A stretch of DNA of 64,000 nucleotides from contig JAOPTW010000013.1 of assembly GCA_051532035.1 (NCBI GenBank), positions 61,878 through 125,877 of the forward strand, given 5' to 3'. The notes beneath the pieces were generated by a model. It made no database searches and was not told the DNA's origin. It worked only from the letters and a program-made list of their open reading frames with translations. A program made the translations under genes and the position numbers. Origin of the DNA: Fibrobacterales bacterium. Lineage in GTDB: Bacteria; Fibrobacterota; Fibrobacteria; Fibrobacterales; JAOPTW01. Numbering within the stretch: position 1 is the first letter of the stretch; each line of letters begins with the position of its first letter. This document shows, piece after piece, positions 56,296 to 64,000 of the stretch.

Positions 56296-59200
56296 CTACT
56301 CATCCCACTCACAGCTTTCCCTTGAGCGGGCGACGCCCATGTTTCTATTGAATATTGTTTTAAGGCCATTATCAAACTGTATAATCACATTCCAGTGATA
56401 CACACCGCTCCCTACCCTTCTACCGTGCGAGTCTTTTATGTTCCAATAGAGGTCATTTAAAACCGAGCCTTTGGTATCAATATCTTGGAGTCGGGCACTA
56501 TTTTCTAGTTCGCCACAATCGCCAAAACGCTGTTGCCAATGGGCAATATGTTGACCGAGATGATCAGAAACATGCACCGATGCAGTGTAGGGACCTTGGT
56601 CAACAAAACTACTGACCACTAGTGAAGCACCACAGGCAGGAATATAGGCAATAGCATCTTGAGTATCTTCACAGGTTGCTTGGTCATCATAAGCTCCCTC
56701 TGAAAAGTTCCATGCCGGGACCCAAGTGTCATTTAACTCGATAGAGACAACAATAGTCTCATCAAGGGGCTCATTATCTTCATCTAAAACAGGGATAGTA
56801 ATGGTAGGGAGTTGATTATAGGTGACGTCTCCGACTCCTATAACAGAAGATCTAAAAATAGAATGGACACTAATATCTTCACGAGACTCACCGGTAACTA
56901 CAACTGCTGTTTGCGCAATTTCATTCCCCTTCTTATCCTCTACGCCACTGTTGATAACAAATGCGACTGAATCCCCCAGGTTGATCCGAGTAGCTGCATT
57001 GCGATAATCAGGAACAATTTTCCAGGTGTAATCATCATACACATCAACAATGTGGTCTTTTAGAATGAGATTTCGTGCATGCCCCTCTTCAGAAATTATC
57101 TGTAAGAGTATGCCATTTGTGCGATCAAAAGTGACCTTTTCGGAAAGATACAGAAAGAGTGTATCGGACTGGTCAATAATTTGAGTAGAGTCATCATCAA
57201 TTTTAACAGCATAATAAGGATATTCAGAAGGTTTGATGACTGCTTCAACAATCACCGGACTCACACGATCGGTTATCTTGGTATCTTTTCCATTATAGGT
57301 CACAAAAGGGGGATTATCTTCAGAAGCTTCGGTACCTCTTTTAAGTTTACCGGTTAAATCAATGCGCACTATATTGGTGTCAATCCAATCCATCATATCA
57401 GCATCAGCATCAATATCATCCTGCCCCTCCTTTGGCCAATCAATAGAAGTGACCTCCTCATTACGGTTGTCCGGAACACGATTAAAGGTTACCTCCATAG
57501 TCTCTGCGGTACCGTCACCATCAGTGTCGAATATTTCTGCAAGAACAATACGCGGTGACACGCATGATTTTACGACAACAGTTACAGTATCTTGGCAGAA
57601 AACATCATCTGCCCATGGGTCACTCGGCGTCTCTTTAATAGCATTATTATAAGAAACAATGAATGATGTTGTCTGAAGAGGCGATACTAAAGGTGCACTC
57701 TGCGTTATCTTATCAGAAGAAGCATCAACAGAGTACCACTCATAAAAGTCACCACGGCCATCCGCACTCAACGTGACAGACTCGCCTGCACAAATAGTAT
57801 CCTGAGTTACAGCGGCTTGAAGCCGACATTCTCCACAGTTCTCAGCAATCACTACTACTTCACTGTTTACTTCGCAGTGTCCATCGTCGTAATCAACATC
57901 AAACACCAGTGAATCTTTATTGAGAGGCAGGTCTACGATAGGAGTAGCACTGCTCGTTGAGTTGAGATACGAAGTATTACTGGTCCAGGTTACATATTGA
58001 TCGATATCCCCGGCATTATACGCATCTTTGTAGGGGTTAAGCGTGAGTGTATCTCCCTGACAGCCCATAAAGCGATTACTAAAAACATCATCGATATGGT
58101 CGACTTTAATCGTGAGGTCAAGGGTTTCATCCTCATCAGAACACTCATTACCTTTAACGGTTACACTAAAGTCAAAGGGCCCATTGCCATTACCTGTTTG
58201 ATGATAGAACTCGAGAGTGTCCTCGGATATTTCTTTCACAAATGGTTCAATGCTTTGAGTGTCCCAATCAAAAGAGGTACCACCCGTTGCGATAATGGGT
58301 ACTCTGTTTTTACACCGAAGGGTGTAGTTGTAATTACCTAAATCCTTAATACCAGCCCGAGGCTTAACCGAGTAAAAACTCGAGAAGTATCCTACTTTGG
58401 AGCCTGAACCATTTGATTCATCGACGCCGAGGTGAAAGCGATCTTGACCAGACAGTGAAAGGTCGTTTTTGATACGTAGGGCCGCCCCCTTTTGTAACAG
58501 GTCTCTAAATTGTGAGCGGTCATTGAGATAGACCCATTCGCCATCGGGATCACCAGCATCATCAAAAGCATTTCTTGAGAGTGTCGTAAAACTTGAGTTA
58601 TCGATAGAGTACTCAAAATTTGCCGCAATACTTTTTTTGGCCAATAAATTAATGTTAAATCGGTCGGTGCCTGAAGGGTCTTGAGTTCTTGTGACGGTAA
58701 CATCACTTGAACCAGTACACGTAATGGGTGGCAGTACCGAGCCCCCTACTTCACGCCCCGTACCTGTTCCTTGAAACACATGTACTTTTTTGTTCCGTTC
58801 CTTTACTTCAAAATAGTTAGCCCCTTCACTCATAGGTATTCCCAGTACGTCACCTTTACCATCAAGAGCATACTCAGTACCATTGTAAAGGATTGTCGTC
58901 GTACCATTATCAATCGCGGTTACAAAAGCAGTTTCTATGAGCCCATTATCCATAAGTCCATCATTATCGCTATCAAACTCACCTGCGCTTAATGTTCCAG
59001 AAATATAGATATACTCGCGACCGCCTAATTCATCGGGAACAAGCTGATCTCCCAAAGCATCTCTCCCACTAGGAGAGTGACTATCCCCATCAACTGAATC
59101 GTCTTTATACATAATGACAATGGGTTTATCAGACTCAACATAGCTCCCCCCTACATGATCATAACTAAGAATTGCATCAGTTTTACGGGCCGCTGCAGTA

Positions 59201-59841
59201 AAGCTCTCTCCTTTATTGAGTACAATCTGAATTGCCGCTCCTTTATCATGCCCCTCAATATCAATACTCAAATCAATAGTAATGCGGGTAGAGTCTTCTG
59301 TCGCAACAATATCAAAACTATTCGTTGCATCTCTAAAGGTACCGTTTCTCCAGCGATCACGACCGGGAATAGTAAAGGAGTACCCAAGAGCACTTTCTCC
59401 TTTGAGAGATAATATATCCCTATTGGCATTACCATAGCGATCGATATAGGCACTAAAACGTGCATCACCACCAGAGGTTAGAGCCCGAGAGGTTATATGA
59501 ATACCTCGATCATCGAGAATACCTAATCTACCGGGCAAGCCACTCTCTATTGAGTTTGAACTGTTGTTTGCAATAGTGGGGAGTTCAATAGCACCTGACA
59601 TACCCGCTTCAATAACCACAGAACCAATTTCAATATTTTGTGCGGGCATAGAGGCGGTAACCTCAATTTTCCCCCCAAGAGAAGCAAATTGTAAGGTTCC
59701 GTAGTTTGCACCATGATGCGTGGTCAATGAAGGAACCGCTGCCCAATATTCAAGATAGGTCTGTTGCTCTGCAAACAGTGCCGAAACACAAACTCCAATA
59801 AGAAAAACCAATGAACGAATGTCATTTTTAAGATGCTGCAT
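56296..59841 (-). CDS. Large secreted surface protein (~1180 aa) with FlgD-Ig/T9SS-like C-terminal domain
   Basis: The internal start gives MQHLKNDIRSLVFLIGVCVSALFA. Ig-like Cys-containing segments occur (TICAGESVTLSADG..YEWY). The C-terminus WNIKDSHGRRVGSGVYHWNV parallels the C-terminus of the 42239-44077 protein. Confidence 0.7.
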   Translation of the reverse strand: MQHLKNDIRSLVFLIGVCVSALFAEQQTYLEYWAAVPSLTTHHGANYGTLQFASLGGKIEVTASMPAQNIEIGSVVIEAGMSGAIELPTIANNSSNSIESGLPGRLGILDDRGIHITSRALTSGGDARFSAYIDRYGNANRDILSLKGESALGYSFTIPGRDRWRNGTFRDATNSFDIVATEDSTRITIDLSIDIEGHDKGAAIQIVLNKGESFTAAARKTDAILSYDHVGGSYVESDKPIVIMYKDDSVDGDSHSPSGRDALGDQLVPDELGGREYIYISGTLSAGEFDSDNDGLMDNGLIETAFVTAIDNGTTTILYNGTEYALDGKGDVLGIPMSEGANYFEVKERNKKVHVFQGTGTGREVGGSVLPPITCTGSSDVTVTRTQDPSGTDRFNINLLAKKSIAANFEYSIDNSSFTTLSRNAFDDAGDPDGEWVYLNDRSQFRDLLQKGAALRIKNDLSLSGQDRFHLGVDESNGSGSKVGYFSSFYSVKPRAGIKDLGNYNYTLRCKNRVPIIATGGTSFDWDTQSIEPFVKEISEDTLEFYHQTGNGNGPFDFSVTVKGNECSDEDETLDLTIKVDHIDDVFSNRFMGCQGDTLTLNPYKDAYNAGDIDQYVTWTSNTSYLNSTSSATPIVDLPLNKDSLVFDVDYDDGHCEVNSEVVVIAENCGECRLQAAVTQDTICAGESVTLSADGRGDFYEWYSVDASSDKITQSAPLVSPLQTTSFIVSYNNAIKETPSDPWADDVFCQDTVTVVVKSCVSPRIVLAEIFDTDGDGTAETMEVTFNRVPDNRNEEVTSIDWPKEGQDDIDADADMMDWIDTNIVRIDLTGKLKRGTEASEDNPPFVTYNGKDTKITDRVSPVIVEAVIKPSEYPYYAVKIDDDSTQIIDQSDTLFLYLSEKVTFDRTNGILLQIISEEGHARNLILKDHIVDVYDDYTWKIVPDYRNAATRINLGDSVAFVINSGVEDKKGNEIAQTAVVVTGESREDISVHSIFRSSVIGVGDVTYNQLPTITIPVLDEDNEPLDETIVVSIELNDTWVPAWNFSEGAYDDQATCEDTQDAIAYIPACGASLVVSSFVDQGPYTASVHVSDHLGQHIAHWQQRFGDCGELENSARLQDIDTKGSVLNDLYWNIKDSHGRRVGSGVYHWNVIIQFDNGLKTIFNRNMGVARSRESCEWDE

Positions 59842-60067
59842 TTGTGTCCCCGAAAAATAATACATTAAACTCCTTTCCCCAAAGAGAGTTATCCCCATTA
59901 ATATATCTAAAACAGCCCAATATCATAGTAAAAGTCATGAAATTGGGCTGTTTGGATGGTTTTTATGCTGTCAGCCTGTACTGTAATCCCCCCGTTCCAA
60001 AAAGGATACAAGTAAAACAATTACTTGTGACATCACTGCCATTTCGGAGAGATTACTAAGCGGACGA

Positions 60068-60859
60068 TTATAAATTAATAGCTAAACCAATCGCTAATCC
60101 CCATGAATCGATTCCAATATCATAATATTGTTCTCTGTAACTTGTTGTTCCAGTACTCGTATAGGTACCTTCTTCATCTACGAACTTTGTAGTTCTGGTA
60201 TATTCTTCACCACTCCCATCTTTTGATGTTCGTTTTTCTTCGAGCATCGAGCTCGTAGCTAAACGATAGAAGAGATTGGCGTTGAGAGCAACTCCATCAG
60301 ATAACGGTATATATAAGCCGACTTTAGATTCAGCACCTAGCCCTAAACCTAAATCAAGCACACTATTGGATGTATCTTCTGGACCCTCATTATAACTATA
60401 GGTATATTCTCTTTCATAAGACAAAAAATAATTCACTAACAATGCTGCACTAATGTAAGGCTGTACAGAAAAACTTTTATCTACCATATAAAACCCAAAA
60501 GTCAAGGGAATGAATGATGCTGTTATAGAATTTTTATCAACATCAATATATTCCTCGTCAACGCTTTTACTTTCACTCTCAATAGTTGTAGTATTGTATG
60601 AGATGGAACTGAGAAAGCCAAAATTTTCTGAGATAGATTTTTTAAAAACAAACTCAAGACCGATACCGCCACCAGGCATCGCAGACTGTTTTTCAAATTT
60701 CTTAATTTTTAAATCACCATCATCTGTTGTTTCAGATGTAACGGAATTTGCATTCAATTCGCTTAATCCAAACCCATAGCGTCCGTTAAATTCAATATCA
60801 ATACCTTCACAAAAAACGGATTGTGTAACTAGAACTAATAAAACAATAATTTTCTTCAT
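60068..60859 (-). CDS. Outer-membrane beta-barrel (OMP_b-brl-like) protein
   Basis: A signal peptide MKKIIVLLVLVTQSVFC opens the protein. Alternating beta-strand patterns run throughout (GIGLEFVFK, LGLGLGAESKVGLYIPL, WGLAIGLAINL). Confidence 0.6.
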   Translation of the reverse strand: MKKIIVLLVLVTQSVFCEGIDIEFNGRYGFGLSELNANSVTSETTDDGDLKIKKFEKQSAMPGGGIGLEFVFKKSISENFGFLSSISYNTTTIESESKSVDEEYIDVDKNSITASFIPLTFGFYMVDKSFSVQPYISAALLVNYFLSYEREYTYSYNEGPEDTSNSVLDLGLGLGAESKVGLYIPLSDGVALNANLFYRLATSSMLEEKRTSKDGSGEEYTRTTKFVDEEGTYTSTGTTSYREQYYDIGIDSWGLAIGLAINL

Positions 60860-61204
60860 TGTACCCTCTCTAAATTAATAAATAATACGGCTCTAAGAAT
60901 GGAGAGCCAAACCGCGCCCAATATACGTTTATAAGGCTTTAATGTCATCAGTAGTACTTGTAATAGGAATGTCGACATTAAAAAAGTCCCTCATTTTAAT
61001 AGGAACATCCATGAATAGCCATCTTGCTTAACACTAGTAAGCAACCGAATCCAAACTTCGCAAATATTTGTTTCAACTTAAAAGAGCAATGAGCATATCT
61101 TCCAAATAATTACATATTAAATGGGACGCACAATGTATGGTGATTCCATAAATAGAAGATACTATCTATAACACTCTTACTATTTCAGAAAAGGTTACCC
61201 CATC

Positions 61205-61237
61205 AAAACAAAAAGTGCCCATTATACAACAGGCACT
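61205..61237 (-). terminator. Rho-independent terminator of the 61272-62237 gene
   Basis: On the minus strand, AGTGCC-12 nt-GGCACT is followed by TTTTTGTTTTG. Confidence 0.65.
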
Positions 61238-61271
61238 ATCTAGATTAATCTTAATGAGTACTCATAAAGAA

Positions 61272-62237
61272 TTATGGGATAATATAACAAGCCTCAAAGC
61301 CGACCATGTTCTCTACACCGCTTATGCAAATAACACCTGTAGGACATTGATAGCATCCACTATTTGGATTTTCTTCAGGTTCATCAACGGTTTCGACACT
61401 TGAGCTTGATTCTTTACTGGAACTTGAATTCGAACGAGACACTGAACTTGAACTTACCGTAACATCTTCTTCACTAGAAACTGTAGGAGTCTTATGAGGA
61501 TTCTCTACTTTTCTCATGACGTAATTCCATTTGAAAAGGGTGCGTGTGTCAGCCACTGCCTTCCCCTCAGCGTCTTCAGTTATTTCTTCTGCAAGAATCA
61601 GATAATACGTATCGCCATCCTTACCAACGTTATAATGGAGGTCACTCTCTTCAAAAACACCATTGGCTTCAGTATGACCAAAGCCGGATTTTAACACAAG
61701 TTCATCGCCATCAAAGGTGTAACTGTATTCGTCGATTGCACTTCCTATGGTATGATGAATAAGGGTGCCATTTTTAAACTCAAATTGATAGTCATTACGG
61801 ATGCGTGTCACTACCGAACGCTCCTGATATAATGTACTGCCTGCCTTCATTTTATAATCATATTCTAAGAAAAGAGTATCGAGTTCAAAATAGAACCCTT
61901 CAAGTTCAGAAGCACTCACAAAATCGAGCTCAGCCATTAGGCGACGGGTTTGTTGACGTGGGTGATTGTTATCATTGTCTAAAAATTCTGTAGGCTCTGC
62001 AAATGGATCAGAGCTTGAGCTTTGGGTATCGACTTGATTATCGTTTTCTGAGCTGATATCAGGGAGTGCCCCACCTATGCTACTTTGACTCTCAGTATTT
62101 ACTATCACCTTTTCTGAATCACTTGAAGATATATCAGCAAAACTCTCCGAGCTTAAGGGTTCATTTTCTACGGCGTCAAGTTCACAGCCAGTAAATAGTA
62201 AGAGTAGTGTTATTGTAAATAGTAGGAGTGTCTTCAT
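61272..62237 (-). CDS. Lipoprotein with Ser-rich segments and Cys-rich tail, function unknown
   Basis: The lipobox is LLLLFTGC. Ser-rich linkers lie near both ends. The tail is NSGCYQCPTGVICISGV...EACYIIP. Confidence 0.55.
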   Translation of the reverse strand: MKTLLLFTITLLLLFTGCELDAVENEPLSSESFADISSSDSEKVIVNTESQSSIGGALPDISSENDNQVDTQSSSSDPFAEPTEFLDNDNNHPRQQTRRLMAELDFVSASELEGFYFELDTLFLEYDYKMKAGSTLYQERSVVTRIRNDYQFEFKNGTLIHHTIGSAIDEYSYTFDGDELVLKSGFGHTEANGVFEESDLHYNVGKDGDTYYLILAEEITEDAEGKAVADTRTLFKWNYVMRKVENPHKTPTVSSEEDVTVSSSSVSRSNSSSSKESSSSVETVDEPEENPNSGCYQCPTGVICISGVENMVGFEACYIIP

Positions 62238-62561
62238 TTTGCCCTCTCAATGTATTTGAATTACCAGGGCATTGTATAAAATAATGTTTGAATTGCGCCC
62301 TCTTACCAAGTGTAGAAAATATAAAGTAAGATCTAGGTGGATTTAACATAGCAAAGCGTATCATTCCTCCCACAAAGTGTCATTTTTACAGTTTAAACGC
62401 ACATTTGAGCGAATTGTAAAGTTTGCATACGCTTACATTAGAAGTATTGTACTTCAATAAAAACCTATGTAGCTTGTTTCATGAAATAGTATTCTGGGGC
62501 ACACTATTTTACAGTACATACAATACACATACGCCCTTTGAAATAATCACAAAGGAAAATA

Positions 62562-64000
62562 ATGAAACATATTCAATCGTTATCAAAACTGAAGGCAGTC
62601 GTTTTCAGTGGAATTCTCATGGCAGCAACAACCCTCTCGGCACAAAACAGCTGGGAAACAATTGATCAAGCTACTCTCAACACCCTAACCGCTGAAAGAA
62701 CTGTCTCGGTAGCATCATCTTCTACGGGAGACCTCTATTTTCTCACGAATAGAGTTGAAAATGAAAACCTCATACCAACACTCTACAAATTGGTGAGCGG
62801 ACAGTGGACTGTTCAAGATAGTGATGGTCTTTCTGGCTTAACGTATTTTGAGGCAAACCGCTTTTCTGTTAATCGTTCAGGAACGCCTACATTCAATAAT
62901 GGTGATAATATTGCACTCTTTAACGGGACCAATTGGGATATTGTCTGGAGTAGAACAGTCGAAATCGACATTGACGGTGCGCTCACTACTGACAACAATG
63001 GTGTTCCATATACCGTTATAAGAAGTGATGATGAACAATCAATTGAATGTATACGCTTTATTAATAATGCGTGGGAAGTCGTTGGCTCATCAGTAAGTAA
63101 CACCTTTGAAACGGGAGTCATTGAAACATACTATACTCGAGTTGCCTTTGATGCAAACAATGTTCCGTACCTCAGTTACTGGCAGCGTTCAAGCTATAAT
63201 CCAGGCGAACCTGCAATGGCATATATAAAGCAACTTGTGGATAATTCTTGGAGTGACTACGCAGAAATGGACCGCTCTAATGGGTACCTGAGTGGGTTGT
63301 CTGAGCTTATGTTTACCGAAGATGGTACACTCTATATGGCTACTGGTGTTTCTTATATTACTTATGGACGTGAACTCTACACATTGAACAGTGAAACTGG
63401 TGAATGGATTGGTACTGGTGCTCGCTATAGTCAAACACGCGGTATTGGCAATTTGGATTGGCCAGCAAAGGCTTCTGCAGATGGTTCTGTGATCTATTGG
63501 ACACAACAACGCTATGCAAATGGTAATGCTTCTATGAAATACTCTACAGGTGGAGAATTTGAGTGGGTTAATGGAACCGATTGGGATGCGAGTGAATTTA
63601 CTGATAGAAAGGCGTCGACTATCTCTATGGTAATTAATCAGTACAACAACCCTATTGTTGCTTATTTCACATCAGCAGAAACTATTGAGATTAAAAAAAT
63701 GAGAATCTTCCCTGAGGGAGAAACTGAATGGGACCCTACTGCAGAGTATCAAATCGTTAATAAACTGAGTGGAAAATGTCTTGATGTTGCTGAAGCGGCC
63801 CAATGGAATGGTGCCAATATACAGCAGTGGGATTGTTATGGCGGCCAAAATCAGCTCTGGAGCATCGTTACAGTAGGCGAGCATTATAAAATCATTAACA
63901 AACACAGCGGTAAAGCGTTAGATATCGCAGAGTGGTCGTGGAATAATGGTGGCAACATTCATCAGTGGGATTATGTGAATGGCGCTAACCAACAATGGTC
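62562..64000 (+). CDS. Secreted protein ending (so far) in a ricin-B-type lectin domain. The 3' end is off-window.
   Basis: The ORF is missing from the track because it is open-ended. The ATG follows AAAGGA and opens the signal peptide MKHIQSLSKLKAVVFSGILMAATTLSAQN. From ~63750, KCLDVAEAAQWNGANIQQWDCYGGQNQLWSI...KALDIAEWSWNNGGNIHQWDYVNGANQQW gives the QxW repeats. Confidence 0.75.
   Translation, partial: MKHIQSLSKLKAVVFSGILMAATTLSAQNSWETIDQATLNTLTAERTVSVASSSTGDLYFLTNRVENENLIPTLYKLVSGQWTVQDSDGLSGLTYFEANRFSVNRSGTPTFNNGDNIALFNGTNWDIVWSRTVEIDIDGALTTDNNGVPYTVIRSDDEQSIECIRFINNAWEVVGSSVSNTFETGVIETYYTRVAFDANNVPYLSYWQRSSYNPGEPAMAYIKQLVDNSWSDYAEMDRSNGYLSGLSELMFTEDGTLYMATGVSYITYGRELYTLNSETGEWIGTGARYSQTRGIGNLDWPAKASADGSVIYWTQQRYANGNASMKYSTGGEFEWVNGTDWDASEFTDRKASTISMVINQYNNPIVAYFTSAETIEIKKMRIFPEGETEWDPTAEYQIVNKLSGKCLDVAEAAQWNGANIQQWDCYGGQNQLWSIVTVGEHYKIINKHSGKALDIAEWSWNNGGNIHQWDYVNGANQQW

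Noticed and set aside
62813-63905. Three minus-strand ORFs (102, 106 and 77 aa)
   Set aside because: All are antisense to the open-ended plus-strand gene starting at 62562, which has a signal peptide and ricin-type QxW repeats.

Overview
This is an AT-rich bacterial chromosomal window with about 45 supportable protein genes. I found no rRNA, tRNA, CRISPR array, transposase or integrase. Housekeeping and stress genes (gmk, yaaA, hslO, thrH-like, greB-like, tatD, S41 peptidase, DMT transporter, Rh-type ammonium channel) sit among signalling genes: a hybrid His-kinase, a PAS-LuxR regulator, a dCache chemoreceptor and a CHASE3-GGDEF cyclase. The rest is a large set of secreted proteins, lipoproteins and outer-membrane proteins. 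Many of these carry poly-Ser linkers and T9SS/FlgD-Ig-like C-terminal domains. They include a 1568-aa GH5 multidomain enzyme, a clan GH-A hydrolase, LamG, DUF1566, choice-of-anchor-L, MORN-variant, TSP3-repeat and ricin-lectin proteins. A TIGR02147-family gene is also present. Together these suggest an FCB-superphylum (Fibrobacterota-like) organism, but that is inference only. The leads most worth follow-up are listed below.
1. A twice-occurring non-coding cassette: an 18-nt GGTTACA/TGTAACC palindrome, conserved flanking blocks, a CA-rich leader and a paralogous 33-codon hydrophobic micro-ORF. It lies at 18155-18469 and 37704-38031, and the second copy is next to the TIGR02147 gene.
2. A 916-aa T9SS cargo protein made of five copies of an unrecognised Cys-bracketed ~105-aa module. 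Three copies are near-identical ~510-bp DNA repeats.
3. Two ~120-nt homologous non-coding elements bracketing the hybrid kinase gene.
4. ACACATACA-type CA-rich leaders in front of many secreted-protein genes.
5. A GC-rich, hairpin-dense ~220-bp island between convergent genes (28995-29215) that may be an unclassified ncRNA.
All function calls rest on motif recognition by eye, and no database search was possible.
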